DNA from: Auanema rhodensis
Taxonomy: Eukaryota; Animalia; Nematoda
NCBI GenBank assembly: GCA_964057225.1
Contig: CAXKVF010000076.1
Span: 124,001 to 188,000 of the forward strand
Direction: 5' to 3'
Length of the DNA: 64,000 nucleotides
The notes beneath the pieces were generated by a model. It searched no databases. It was not told where the DNA came from and saw only the letters and a program-made list of their open reading frames with translations. The translations under genes and the position numbers were made by a program. Below, piece after piece: positions 30,001 through 45,520 of the stretch. How positions within the stretch are numbered: the stretch's first letter is position 1; every line of letters starts with the position of its first letter.

Positions 30001-33000
30001 TTATGCTAATTAAATGTACACGTGATGTGCACTTGGTATGTAACTCGCTTCACGTGAAAGATAAAGAGATGCGGTTTTCAAAATTAGATTCCCCATGTCC
30101 ATATTAGTCTAAAAACAAATTTTTATTGATATTGGTGCATGGTAACCATGACTTTGAAATTTACGTGAACTTTAATTTATGCTAATTAAATGTACACGTG
30201 ATGTGCACTTGGTATGTAACTCGCTTCACGTGAAAGATAAAGAGATGCGGTTTTCAAAATTAGATTCCCCATGTCCCTATTAGTCTAAAAACAAATTTTT
30301 ATTGATATTTGTGCATGGTAACCATGACTTTGAAATTTACGTGAACTTTAATTTATGCTAATTAAATGTACACGTGATGTGCACTTGGTATGTAACTCGC
30401 TTCACGTGAAAGATGAAGAGATGCGGTTTTCAAAATTAGATTCCTCATGTCCATATTAGTCTAAAAACAAATTTTTATTGATATTGGTTCATGGTAACCA
30501 TGACTTTGAAATTTACGTGAACTTTAATTTATGCTAATTAAATGTACACGTGATGTGCACTTGGTATGTAACTCGCTTCACGTGAAAGATAAAGAGATGC
30601 GGTTTTCAAAATTAGATTCCCCATGTCCATATTAGTCTAAAAACAAATTTTTATTGATATTGGTGCATGGTAACCATGACTTTGAAATTTACGTGAACTT
30701 TAATTTATGCTAATTAAATGTACACGTGATGTGCACTTGGTATGTAACTCGCTTCACGTGAAAGATAAAGAGATGCGGTTTTTAAAATTAGATTCCCCAT
30801 GTCCATATTAGTCTAAAAACAAATTTTTATTGATATTGGTTCATGGTAACCATGACTTTGAAATTTACGTGAACTTTAATTTATGCTAATTAAATGTACA
30901 CGTGATGTGCACTTGGTATGTAACTCGCTTCACGTGAAAGATAAAGAGATGCGGTTTTCAAAATTAGATTCCCCATGTCCATATTAGTCTAAAAACAAAT
31001 TTTTATTGATATTGGTTCATGGTAACCATGACTTTGAAATTTACGTGAACTTTAATTTATGCTAATTAAATGTACACGTGATGTGCACTTGGTATGTAAC
31101 TCGCTTCACGTGAAAGATAAAGAGATGCGGTTTTCAAAATTAGATTCCCCATGTCCATATTAGTCTAAAAACAAATTTTTATTGATATTGGTTCATGGTA
31201 ACCATGACTTTGAAATTTACGTGAACTTTAATTTATGCTAATTAAATGTACACGTGATGTGCACTTGGTATGTAACTCGCTTCACGTGAAAGATAAAGAG
31301 ATGCGGTTTTCAAAATTAGATTCCCCATGTCCATATTAGTCTAAAAACAAATTTTTATTGATATTGGTTCATGGTAACCATGACTTTGAATTTTACGTGA
31401 ACTTTAATTTATGCTAATTAAATGTACACGTGATGTGCACTTGGTATGTAACTCGCTTCACGTGAAAGATAAAGAGATGCGGTTTTCAAAATTAGATTCC
31501 CCATGTCCATATTAGTCTCAACACAAATTTTTATTGATATTGGTTCATGGTAACCATGACTTTGAAATTTACGTGAACTTTAATTTATGCTAATTAAATG
31601 TACACGTGATGTGCACTTGGTATGTAACTCGCTTCACGTGAAAGATAAAGAGATGCGGTTTTCAAAATTAGATTCCCCATGTCCATATTAGTCTAAAAAC
31701 AAATTTTTATTGATATTGCTTCATGGTAACCATGACTTTGAAATTTACGTGAACTTTAATTTATGCTAATTAAATGTACACGTGATGTGCACTTGGTATG
31801 TAACTCGCTTCACGTGAAAGATAAAGATATGCGGTTTTCAAAATTAGATTCCCCATGTCCATATTAGTCTAAAAACAAATTTTTATTGATATTGGTTCAT
31901 GGTAACCATGACTTTGAATTTTATGTGAACTTTAATTTATGCTAATTAAATGTACACGTGATGTGCACTTGGTATGTAACTCGCTTCACGTGAAAGATAA
32001 AGAAATGCGGTTTTCAAAATTAGATTCCCCATGTCCATATTAGTCTAAAAACAAATTTTTATTGATATTGGTTCATGGTAACCATGACTTTGAAATTTAC
32101 GTGAACTTTAATTTATGCTAATTAAATGTACACGTGATGTGCACTTGGTATGTAACTCGCTTCACGTGAAAGATAAAGAGATGTGGTTTTCAAAATTAGA
32201 TTCCCCATGTCCATATTAGTCTAAAAACAAATTTTTATTGATATTGCTTCATGGTAACCATGACTTTGAAATTTCCGTGAACTTTAATTTATGCTAATTA
32301 AATGTACACGTGATGTGCACTTGGTATGTAACTTGCTTCACGTGAAAGATAAAGAGATGCGGTTTTCAAAATTAGATTCCCCATGTCCATATTAGTCTAA
32401 AAACAAATTTTTATTGATATTGGTTCATGGTAACCATGACTTTGAAATTTACGTGAACTTTAATTTATGCTAATTAAATGTACACGTGATGTGCACTTGG
32501 TATGTAACTCGCTTCACGTGATAGATAAAGAGATGCGGTTTTCAAAATTAGATTCCCCATGTCCATATTAGTCTAAAAACAAATTTTTATTGATATTGCT
32601 TCATGGTAACCATGACTTTGAAATTTACGTGAACTTTAATTTATGCTAATTAAATGTACACGTGATGTGCACTTGGTATGTAACTCGCTTCACGTGAAAG
32701 ATAAAGAGATGCGGTTTTCAAAATTAGATTCCCCATGTCCATATTAATCTAAAAACAAATTTGTATTGATATTGGTTCATGGTAACCATGACTTTGAAAT
32801 TTACGTGAACTTTAATTAATGCTAATTAAATGTACGCGTGATGTGCACTTGGTATGTAACTCGCTTCACGTGAAAGATAAAAAGATGCGGTTTTCAAAAT
32901 TAGATTCCCCATGTCCATATTAGTCTAAAAACAAATTTTTATTGATATTGCTTCATGGTAACCATGACTTTGAAATTTACGTGAACTTTAATTAATGCTA

Positions 33001-36000
33001 ATTAAATGTACACGTGATGTGCACTTGGTATGTAACTCGCTTCACGTGAAAGATAAAGAGATGCGGTTTTCAAAATTAGATTCCCCATGTCCATATTAGT
33101 CTAAAAACAAATTTTTATTGATATTGCTTCATGGTAACCATGACTTTGAAATTTACGTGAACTTTAATTTATGCTAATTAAATGTACACGTGATGTGCAC
33201 TTGGTATGTAACTCGCTTCACGTGAAAGATAAAGAGATGCGGTTTTCAAAATTAGATTCCCCATGTCCATATTAGTCTAAAAACAAATTTTTATTGATAT
33301 TGGTTCATGGTAACCATGACTTTGAAATTTACGTGAACTTTAATTAATGCTAATTAAATGTACGCGTGATGTGCACTTGGTGTGTAACTCGCTTCACGTG
33401 AAAGATAAAGAGATGCGGTTTTCAAAATTAGATTCCCCATGTCCATATTAGTCTAAAAACAAATTTTTATTGATATTGCTTCATGGTAACCATGACTTTG
33501 AAATTTACGTGAACTTTAATTTATGCTAATTAAATGTACACGTGATGTGCACTTGGTATGTAACTCGCTTCACGTGAAAGATAAAGAGATGCGGTTTTTA
33601 AAATTAGATTCCCCATGTCCATATTAGTCTAAAAACGAATTTTTATTGATATTGGTTCATGGTAACCATGACTTTGAAATTTACGTGAACTTTAATTTAT
33701 GCTAATTAAATGTACACGTGATGTGCACTTGGTATGTAACTCGCTTCACGTGAAAGATAAAGAGATGCGGTTTTCAAAATTAGATTCCCCATGTCCATAT
33801 TAGTCTAAAAACAAATTTTTATTGATATTGCTTCATGGTAACCATGACTTTGAAATTTACGTGAACTTTAATTTATGCTAATTAAATGTACACGTGATGT
33901 GCACTTGGTATGTAACTCGCTTCACGTGAAAGATAAAGAGATGCGGTTTTCAAAATTAGATTCCCCATGTCCATATTAGTCTAAAAACAAATTTTTATTG
34001 ATATTGCTTCATGGTAACCATGACTTTGAAATTTACGTGAACTTTAATTTATGCTAATTAAATGTACACGTGATGTGCACTTGGTATGTAACTCGCTTCA
34101 CGTGAAAGATAAAGAGATGCGGTTTACAAAATTAGATTCCCCATGTCCATATTAGTCTAAAAACAAATTTTTATTGATATTGGTGCATGGTAACCATGAC
34201 TTTGAAATTTACGTGAACTTTAATTTATGCTAATTAAATGTACACGTGATGTGCACTTGGTATGTAACTCGCTTCACGTGAAAGATGAAGAGATGCGGTT
34301 TTCAAAATTAGATTCCCCATGTCCATATTAGTCTAAAAACAAATTTTTATACATATTGGTTCATGGTAACCATGACTTTGAAATTTACGTGAACTTTAAT
34401 TTATGCTAATTAAATGTACACGTGATGTGCACTTGGTATGTAACTCGCTTCACGTGAAAGATAAAAAGATGCGGTTTTCAAAATTAGATTGCCCATGTCC
34501 ATATTAGTCTAAAAACAAATTGTTATTGATATTGGTTCATGGTAACCATGACTTTGAAATTTACGTGAACTTTAATTTATGCTAATTAAATGTACACGTG
34601 ATGTGCACTTGGTATGTAACTCGCTTCACGTGAAAGATAAAGAGATGCGGTTTTTAAAATTAGATTCCCCATGTCCATATTAGTCTAAAAACAAATTTTT
34701 ATTGATATTGGTTCATGGTAACCATGACTTTGAAATTTACGTGAACTTTAATTTATGCTAATTAAATGTACACGTGATGTGCTCTTGGTATGTAACTCGC
34801 TTCACGTGAAAGATAAAGAGATGCGGTTTTCAAAATTAGATTCCCCATGTCCATATTAGTCTAAAAACAAATTTTTATTGATATTGCTTCATGGTAACCA
34901 TGACTTTGAAATTTACGTGAACTTTAATTTATGCTAATTAAATGTACACGTGATGTGCACTTGGTATGTAACTCGCTTCACGTGAAAGATAAAGAGATGC
35001 GGTTTTCAAAATTAGATTCCCCATGTCCATATTAGTCTAAAAACAAATTTTTATTGATATTGCTTCATGGTAACCATGACTTTGAAATTTACGTGAACTT
35101 TAATTTATGCTAATTAAATGTACACGTGATGTGCACTTGGTATGTAACTCGCTTCACGTGAAAGATAAAGAGATGCGGTTTTCAAAATTAGATTCCCCAT
35201 GTCCATATTAGTCTAAAAACAAATTTTTATTGATATTGGTGCATGGTAACCATGACTTTGAAATTTACGTGAACTTTAATTTATGCTAATTAAATGTACA
35301 CGTGATGTGCACTTGGTATGTAACTCGCTTCACGTGAAAGATGAAGAGATGCGGTTTTCAAAATTAGATTCCCCATGTCCATATTAGTCTAAAAACAAAT
35401 TTTTATACATATTGGTTCATGGTAACCATGACTTTGAAATTTACGTGAACTTTAATTTATGCTAATTAAATGTACACGTGATGTGCACTTGGTATGTAAC
35501 TCGCTTCACGTGAAAGATAAAAAGATGCGGTTTTCAAAATTAGATTGCCCATGTCCATATTAGTCTAAAAACAAATTGTTATTGATATTGGTTCATGGTA
35601 ACCATGACTTTGAAATTTACGTGAACTTTAATTTATGCTAATTAAATGTACACGTGATGTGCACTTGGTATGTAACTCGCTTCACGTGAAAGATGAAGAG
35701 ATGCGGGTTTCAAAATTAGATTCCCCATGTCCATATTAGTCTAAAAACAAATTTTTATTGATATTGGTTCATGGTAACCATGACTTTGAAATTTACGTGA
35801 ACTTTAATTTATGCTAATTAAATGTACACGTGATGTGCACTTGGTATGTAACTCGCTTCACGTGAAAGATAAAGAGATGCGGTTTTCAAAATTAGATTGC
35901 CCATGTCCATATTAGTCTAAAAACAAATTGTTATTGATATTGGTTCATGGTAACCATGACTTTGAAATTTACGTGAACTTTAATTTATGCTAATTAAATG

Positions 36001-39000
36001 TACACGTGATGTGCACTTGGTATGTAACTCGCTTCACGTGAAAGATGAAGAGATGCGGTTTTCAAAATTAGATTCCCCATGTCCATATTAGTCTAAAAAC
36101 AAATTTTTATTGATATTGGTGCATGGTAACCATGACTTTGAAATTTACGTGAACTTTAATTTATGCTAATTAAATGTACACGTGATGTGCACTTGGTATG
36201 TAACTCGCTTCACGTGAAAGATAAAGAGATGCGGTTTTCAAAATTAGATTGCCCATGTCCATATTAGTCTAAAAACAAATTGTTATTGATATTGGTTCAT
36301 GGTAACCATGACTTTGAAATTTACGTGAACTTTAATTTATGCTAATTAAATGTACACGTGATGTGCACTTGGTATGTAACTCGCTTCACGTGAAAGATAA
36401 AGAGATACGGTTTTCAAAATTAGATTCCCCATGTCCATATTAGTCTAAAAACAAATTTTTATTGATATTGGTGCATGGTAACCATGACTTTGAAATTTAC
36501 GTGAACTTTAATTTATACTAATTAAATGTACACGTGATGTGCACTTGGTATGTAACTCGCTTCACGTGAAAGATAAAGAGATGCGGTTTTCAAAATTAGA
36601 TTCCCCATGTCCATATTAGTCTAAAAACGAATTTTTATTGATATTGGTGCATGGTAACCACGACTTTGAAATTTACGTGAACTTTAATTTATGCTAATTA
36701 AATGTACACGTGATGTGCACTTGGTATGTAACTCGCTTCACGTGAAAGATAAAGAGATGCGGTTTTCAAAATTAGATTCCCCATGTCCATATTAGTCTAA
36801 AAACAAATTTTTATTGATATTGGTTCATGGTAACCATGGCTTTGAAATTTACGTGAACTTTAATTTATGCTAATTAAATGTACACGTGATGTGCACTTGG
36901 TATGTAACTCGCTTCACGTGAAAGATAAAGAGATGCGGTTTTCAAAATTAGATTCCCCATGTCCATATTAGTCTAAAAACAAATTTTTATTGATATTGGT
37001 GCATGGTAACCATGACTTTGAAATTTACGTGAACTTTAATTTATGCTAATTAAATGTACACGTGATGTGCACTTGGTATGTAACTCGCTTCACGTGAAAG
37101 ATGAAGAGATGCGATTTTCAAAATTAGATTCCCCATGTCCATATTAGTCTAAAAACAAATTTTTATTGATATTGGTTCATGGTAACCATGACTTTGAAAT
37201 TTACGTGAACTTTAATTTATGCTAATTAAATGTACACGTGATGTGCACTTGGTATGTAACTCGCTTCACGTGAAAGATAAAGAGATGCGGTTTTCAAAAT
37301 TAGATTCCCCATGTCCATATTAGTCTAAAAACAAATTTTTATTGATATTGGTGCATGGTAACCGTGACTTTGAAATTTACGTGAACTTTAATTTATGCTA
37401 ATTAAATGTACACGTGATGTGCACTTGGTATGTAACTCGCTTCACGTGAAAGATAAAGAGATGCGGTTTTCAAAATTAGATTCCCCATGTCCATATTAGT
37501 CTAAAAACAAATTTTTATTGATATTGGTGCATGGTAACCATGACTTTGAAATTTACGTGAACTTTAATTTATGCTAATTAAATGTACACGTGATGTGCAT
37601 TTGGTATGTAACTCGCTTCACGTGAAAGATAAAGAGATGCGGTTTTCAAAATTAGATTCCCCATGTCCATATTAGTCTAAAAACAAATTTTTATTGATAT
37701 TGGTTCATGGTAACCATGACTTTGAAATTTACGTGAACTTTAATTTATGCTAATTGAATGTACACGTGATGTGCACTTGGTATGTAACTCGCTTCACGTG
37801 AAAGATGAAGAGATGCGGTTTTCAAAATTAGATTCCCCATTTCCATATTAGTCTAAAAACAAATTTTTATTGATATTGCTTCATGGTAACCATGACTTTG
37901 AAATTTACGTGAACTTTAATTTATGCTAATTGAATGTACACGTGATGTGCACTTGGTATGTAACTCGCTTCACGTGAAAGATAAAGAGATGCGGTTTTCA
38001 AAATTAGATTCCCCATGTCCATATTAGTCTAAAAACAAATTTTTATTGATATTGGTGCATGGTAACCATGACTTTGAAATTTACGTGAACTTTAATTTAT
38101 GCTAATTAAATGTACACGTGATGTGCACTTGGTATGTAACTCGCTTCACGTGAAAGATGAAGAGATGCGATTTTCAAAATTAGATTCCCCATGTCCATAT
38201 TAGTCTAAAAACAAATTTTTATTGATATTGGTTCATGGTAACCATGACTTTGAAATTTACGTGAACTTTAATTTATGCTAATTAAATGTACACGTGATGT
38301 GCACTTGGTATGTAACTCGCTTCACGTGAAAGATAAAGAGATGCGGTTTTCAAAATTAGATTCCCCATGTCCATATTAGTCTAAAAACAAATTTTTATTG
38401 ATATTGGTGCATGGTAACCATGACTTTGAAATTTACGTGAACTTTAATTTATGCTAATTAAATGTACACTTGATGTGCACTTGGTATGTAACTCGCTTCA
38501 CGTGAAAGATAAAGAGATGCGGTTTTCAAAATTAGATTCCCCATGTCCATATTAGTCTAAAAACAAATTTTTATTGATATTGGTGCATGGTAACCGTGAC
38601 TTTGAAATTTACGTGAACTTTAATTTATGCTAATTAAATGTACACGTGATGTGCACTTGGTATGTAACTCGCTTCACGTGAAAGATAAAGAGATGCGGTT
38701 TTCAAAATTAGATTCCCCATGTCCATATTAGTCTAAAAACAAATTTTTATTGATATTGGTGCATGGTAACCATGACTTTGAAATTTACGTGAACTTTAAT
38801 TTATGCTAATTAAATGTACACGTGATGTGCATTTGGTATGTAACTCGCTTCACGTGAAAGATAAAGAGATGCGGTTTTCAAAATTAGATTCCCCATGTCC
38901 ATATTAGTCTAAAAACAAATTTTTATTGATATTGGTTCATGGTAACCATGACTTTGAAATTTACGTGAACTTTAATTTATGCTAATTGAATGTACACGTG

Positions 39001-42000
39001 ATGTGCACTTGGTATGTAACTCGCTTCACGTGAAAGATGAAGAGATGCGGTTTTCAAAATTAGATTCCCCATTTCCATATTAGTCTAAAAACAAATTTTT
39101 ATTGATATTGCTTCATGGTAACCATGACTTTGAAATTTACGTGAACTTTAATTTATGCTAATTGAATGTACACGTGATGTGCACTTGGTATGTAACTCGC
39201 TTCACGTGAAAGATAAAGAGATGCGGTTTTCAAAATTAGATTCCCCATGTCCATATTAGTCTAAAAACAAATTTTTATTGATATTGGTGCATGGTAACCA
39301 TGACTTTGAAATTTACGTGAACTTTAATTTATGCTAATTAAATGTACACGTGATGTGCACTTGGTATGTAACTCGCTTCACGTGAAAGATGAAGAGATGC
39401 GATTTTCAAAATTAGATTCCCCATGTCCATATTAGTCTAAAAACAAATTTTTATTGATATTGGTTCATGGTAACCATGACTTTGAAATTTACGTGAACTT
39501 TAATTTATGCTAATTAAATGTACACGTGATGTGCACTTGGTATGTAACTCGCTTCACGTGAAAGATAAAGAGATGCGGTTTTCAAAATTAGATTCCCCAT
39601 GTCCATATTAGTCTAAAAACAAATTTTTATTGATATTGGTGCATGGTAACCATGACTTTGAAATTTACGTGAACTTTAATTTATGCTAATTAAATGTACA
39701 CTTGATGTGCACTTGGTATGTAACTCGCTTCACGTGAAAGATAAAGAGATGCGGTTTTCAAAATTAGATTCCCCATGTCCATATTAGTCTAAAAACAAAT
39801 TTTTATTGATATTGGTGCATGGTAACCGTGACTTTGAAATTTACGTGAACTTTAATTTATGCTAATTAAATGTACACGTGATGTGCACTTGGTATGTAAC
39901 TCGCTTCACGTGAAAGATAAAGAGATGCGGTTTTCAAAATTAGATTCCCCATGTCCATATTAGTCTAAAAACAAATTTTTATTGATATTGGTTCATGGTA
40001 ACCATGACTTTGAAATTTACGTGAACTTTAATTTATGCTAATTGAATGTACACGTGATGTGCACTTGGTATGTAACTCGCTTCACGTGAAAGATGAAGAG
40101 ATGCGGTTTTCAAAATTAGATTCCCCATTTCCATATTAGTCTAAAAACAAATTTTTATTGATATTGCTTCATGGTAACCATGACTTTGAAATTTACGTGA
40201 ACTTTAATTTATGCTAATTGAATGTACACGTGATGTGCACTTGGTATGTAACTCGCTTCACGTGAAAGATAAAGAGATGCGGTTTTCAAAATTAGATTCC
40301 CCATGTCCATATTAGTCTAAAAACAAATTTTTATTGATATTGGTGCATGGTAACCATGACTTTGAAATTTACGTGAACTTTAATTTATGCTAATTAAATG
40401 TACACGTGATGTGCACTTGGTATGTAACTCGCTTCACGTGAAAGATGAAGAGATGCGATTTTCAAAATTAGATTCCCCATGTCCATATTAGTCTAAAAAC
40501 AAATTTTTATTGATATTGGTTCATGGTAACCATGACTTTGAAATTTACGTGAACTTTAATTTATGCTAATTGAATGTACACGTGATGTGCACTTGGTATG
40601 TAACTCGCTTCACGTGAAAGATAAAGAGATGCGGTTTTCAAAATTAGATTCCCCATGTCCATATTAGTCTAAAAACAAATTTTTATTGATATTGGTTCAT
40701 GGTAACCATGACTTTGAAATTTACGTGAACTTTAATTTATGCTAATTGAATGTACACGTGATGTGCACTTGGTATGTAACTCGCTTCACGTGAAAGATGA
40801 AGAGATGCGGTTTTCAAAATTAGATTCCCCATTTCCATATTAGTCTAAAAACAAATTTTTATTGATATTGCTTCATGGTAACCATGACTTTGAAATTTAC
40901 GTGAACTTTAATTTATGCTAATTGAATGTACACGTGATGTGCACTTGGTATGTAACTCGCTTCACGTGAAAGATAAAGAGATGCGGTTTTCAAAATTAGA
41001 TTCCCCATGTCCATATTAGTCTAAAAACAAATTTTTATTGATATTGGTGCATGGTAACCATGACTTTGAAATTTACGTGAACTTTAATTTATGCTAATTA
41101 AATGTACACGTGATGTGCACTTGGTATGTAACTCGCTTCACGTGAAAGATGAAGAGATGCGATTTTCAAAATTAGATTCCCCATGTCCATATTAGTCTAA
41201 AAACAAATTTTTATTGATATTGGTTCATGGTAACCATGACTTTGAAATTTACGTGAACTTTAATTTATGCTAATTAAATGTACACGTGATGTGCACTTGG
41301 TATGTAACTCGCTTCACGTGAAAGATAAAGAGATGCGGTTTTCAAAATTAGATTCCCCATGTCCATATTAGTCTAAAAACAAATTTTTATTGATATTGGT
41401 GCATGGTAACCATGACTTTGAAATTTACGTGAACTTTAATTTATGCTAATTAAATGTACACTTGATGTGCACTTGGTATGTAACTCGCTTCACGTGAAAG
41501 ATAAAGAGATGCGGTTTTCAAAATTAGATTCCCCATGTCCATATTAGTCTAAAAACAAATTTTTATTGATATTGGTGCATGGTAACCATGACTTTGAAAT
41601 TTACGTGAACTTTAATTTATGCTAATTAAATGTACACGTGATGTGCATTTGGTATGTAACTCGCTTCACGTGAAAGATAAAGAGATGCGGTTTTCAAAAT
41701 TAGATTCCCCATGTCCATATTAGTCTAAAAACAAATTTTTATTGATATTGGTTCATGGTAACCATGACTTTGAAATTTACGTGAACTTTAATTTATGCTA
41801 ATTGAATGTACACGTGATGTGCACTTGGTATGTAACTCGCTTCACGTGAAAGATAAAGAGATGCGGTTTTCAAAATTAGATTCCCCATTTCCATATTAGT
41901 CTAAAAACAAATTTTTATTGATATTGCTTCATGGTAACCATGACTTTGAAATTTACGTGAACTTTAATTTATGCTAATTGAATGTACACGTGATGTGCAC

Positions 42001-44456
42001 TTGGTATGTAACTCGCTTCACGTGAAAGATAAAGAGATGCGGTTTTCAAAATTAGATTCCCCATGTCCATATTAGTCTAAAAACAAATTTTTATTGATAT
42101 TGGTGCATGGTAACCATGACTTTGAAATTTACGTGAACTTTAATTTATGCTAATTAAATGTACACGTGATGTGCACTTGGTATGTAACTCGCTTCACGTG
42201 AAAGATAAAGAGATGCGGTTTTCAAAATTAGATTCCCCATGTCCATATTAGTCTAAAAACAAATTTTTATTGATATTGGTTCATGGTAACCATGACTTTG
42301 AAATTTACGTGAACTTTAATTTATGCTAATTGAATGTACACGTGATGTGCACTTGGTATGTAACTCGCTTCACGTGAAAGATGAAGAGATGCGGTTTTCA
42401 AAATTAGATTCCCCATGTCCATATTAGTCTAAAAACAAATTTTTATACATATTGGTTCATGGTAACCATGACTTTGAAATTTACGTGAACTTTAATTTAT
42501 GCTAATTAAATGTACACGTGATGTGCACTTGGTATGTAACTCGCTTCACGTGAAAGATAAAAAGATGCGGTTTTCAAAATTAGATTGCCCATGTCCATAT
42601 TAGTCTAAAAACAAATTGTTATTGATATTGGTTCATGGTAACCATGACTTTGAAATTTACGTGAACTTTAATTTATGCTAATTAAATGTACACGTGATGT
42701 GCACTTGGTATGTAACTCGCTTCACGTGAAAGATAAAGAGATGCGGTTTTTAAAATTAGATTCCCCATGTCCATATTAGTCTAAAAACAAATTTTTATTG
42801 ATATTGGTTCATGGTAACCATGACTTTGAAATTTACGTGAACTTTAATTTATGCTAATTAAATGTACACGTGATGTGCACTTGGTATGTAACTCGCTTCA
42901 CGTGAAAGATAAAGAGATGCGGTTTTCAAAATTAGATTCCCCATGTCCATATTAGTCTAAAAACAAATTTTTATTGATATTGCTTCATGGTAACCATGAC
43001 TTTGAAATTTACGTGAACTTTAATTTATGCTAATTAAATGTACACGTGATGTGCACTTGGTATGTAACTCGCTTCACGTGAAAGATAAAGAGATGCGGTT
43101 TTCAAAATTAGATTCCCCATGTCCATATTAGTCTAAAAACAAATTTTTATTGATATTGCTTCATGGTAACCATGACTTTGAAATTTACGTGAACTTTAAT
43201 TTATGCTAATTAAATGTACACGTGATGTGCACTTGGTATGTAACTCGCTTCACGTGAAAGATAAAGAGATGCGGTTTTCAAAATTAGATTCCCCATGTCC
43301 ATATTAGTCTAAAAACAAATTTTTATTGATATTGGTGCATGGTAACCATGACTTTGAAATTTACGTGAACTTTAATTTATGCTAATTAAATGTACACGTG
43401 ATGTGCACTTGGTATGTAACTCGCTTCACGTGAAAGATGAAGAGATGCGGTTTTCAAAATTAGATTCCCCATGTCCATATTAGTCTAAAAACAAATTTTT
43501 ATACATATTGGTTCATGGTAACCATGACTTTGAAATTTACGTGAACTTTAATTTATGCTAATTAAATGTACACGTGATGTGCACTTGGTATGTAACTCGC
43601 TTCACGTGAAAGATAAAAAGATGCGGTTTTCAAAATTAGATTGCCCATGTCCATATTAGTCTAAAAACAAATTGTTATTGATATTGGTTCATGGTAACCA
43701 TGACTTTGAAATTTACGTGAACTTTAATTTATGCTAATTAAATGTACACGTGATGTGCACTTGGTATGTAACTCGCTTCACGTGAAAGATGAAGAGATGC
43801 GGTTTTCAAAATTAGATTCCCCATGTCCATATTAGTCTAAAAACAAATTTTTATTGATATTGGTTCATGGTAACCATGACTTTGAAATTTACGTGAACTT
43901 TAATTTATGCTAATTAAATGTACACGTGATGTGCACTTGGTATGTAACTCGCTTCACGTGAAAGATAAAGAGATGCGGTTTTCAAAATTAGATTGCCCAT
44001 GTCCATATTAGTCTAAAAACAAATTGTTATTGATATTGGTTCATGGTAACCATGACTTTGAAATTTACGTGAACTTTAATTTATGCTAATTAAATGTACA
44101 CGTGATGTGCACTTGGTATGTAACTCGCTTCACGTGAAAGATGAAGAGATGCGGTTTTCAAAATTAGATTCCCCATGTCCATATTAGTCTAAAAACAAAT
44201 TTTTATTGATATTGGTGCATGGTAACCATGACTTTGAAATTTACGTGAACTTTAATTTATGCTAATTAAATGTACACGTGATGTGCACTTGGTATGTAAC
44301 TCGCTTCACGTGAAAGATAAAGAGATGCGGTTTTCAAAATTAGATTGCCCATGTCCATATTAGTCTAAAAACAAATTGTTATTGATATTGGTTCATGGTA
44401 ACCATGACTTTGAAATTTACGTGAACTTTAATTTATGCTAATTAAATGTACACGTG
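1..44456. repeat. 176-bp tandem satellite DNA array, left arm (~252 head-to-tail monomers, continues beyond the window start)
   Basis: The monomer GTCCATATTAGTCTAAAAACAAATTTTTATTGATATTGGTTCATGGTAACCATGAC...GATTCCCCAT recurs at 1, 177, 353 and onward with a constant 176-bp period. Copies differ only by scattered substitutions. Confidence 0.99.
44451..44456. other. Left copy of 6-bp target-site duplication CACGTG
   Basis: The satellite normally reads ...AATGTA-CACGTG-ATGTGCAC.... Here AATGTA-CACGTG is followed directly by the element end AGTAGAGAG. Confidence 0.97.
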
Positions 44457-45520
44457 AGTAGAGAGCCATGCCGAATTTACTAACCACGCCCCCAAACAGT
44501 TGCTAAAAACATACTTTTGAGGGCGTCAGCTGCTAAAATCATACTTTTGGGGGCGTCAGCTGTCAAAATCATATTTTCGGCGTCAGCTGTCAAAAATATA
44601 CTTTTCCTCCCGAGGCAGGCTCTCGAGCCTGCGCATGAATCAAAATGCATGATTTTTTTTTTTAAAATTATTTTTTAATGTATTATTTTAAATGAATTTT
44701 TATTATTTATATATTTGTTAATTGTATTTGTAAATATTTTTAAACTTATTTCTTTTTAAATGAATTTTTATTATTAATATATGTTTTAAATATTATTATT
44801 TAATTATTTCTTTTTAAATGTATTTTATATATTTTTAAAATATTATTAAAATTATCTCCTTTTAAATGTATTTTTAATATTTATACATTTGAATAAACTT
44901 TTTAATATATATTGCTTTTGTTTTAATTTATAAAATTTGAATAAAATATATAAAAGCTAATTAATATGTTCACCGTACCTTTTATGGGTTAATCAATGGA
45001 ACTCATATCGAAGGTTAATTCGATAAGAAGTAATAAATATTTAAACTAAATTTAATGAAACACATATCGAAGGTTAATTCGATAAGATATATTTTATATA
45101 TTTATTTTTTAATTTTATTTGTTTACATTGTTTATAGATTGTGTTTATTATAGTTTATAATTATTAATTTAACTTTTAAAAAGTTTGTTGTTTATCTAGG
45201 CGAACCATTTTGTTCACCGTACCTATTATGGGTAAATCAATGGAACACATATCGAAAGTTAATTCGATAAGAACGATATGGAATACAAAAGTTAATGGAA
45301 CACATATCGAAGGTTAATTCGATAAGAACGATATGAAATACAAAAGTTAATGGAACACATATCGAAGGTTAATTCGATAAGATCGTTAAAACAGGTGCAC
45401 TGACCCACACATGTACCACATGGCAAAAGTTTTGTTCATAAAAATATGATAAATAGCTGTACAGCACAAGTACCCATAACGCTAACGAATACTTACTATG
45501 CCAAGGGGTCATGGGTATAT
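44457..45520 (+). repeat. Left terminal inverted repeat (near-perfect core 44457-44762, imperfect extension to ~45520)
   Basis: 44457-44762 matches the reverse complement of 60885-61189 apart from one indel in an A-run. Similarity resumes at ~44965-45087 and ~45381-45520 against ~60425-60683. Confidence 0.93.
44510..44606. repeat. Subterminal ~30-bp tandem repeats (CATACTTTT..GGCGTCAGCTG..AAAAT, about 3.5 copies), mirrored at ~61040-61136
   Basis: Read directly. GGCGTCAGCTG occurs three times in each TIR. Confidence 0.85.

Noticed and set aside
1-44456. Satellite as a tandem RNA gene array (5S rRNA, SL RNA, tRNA) or coding repeat
   Set aside because: I recognise no 5S, spliced-leader or tRNA sequence in the monomer, and the ORF track lists no ORFs there.
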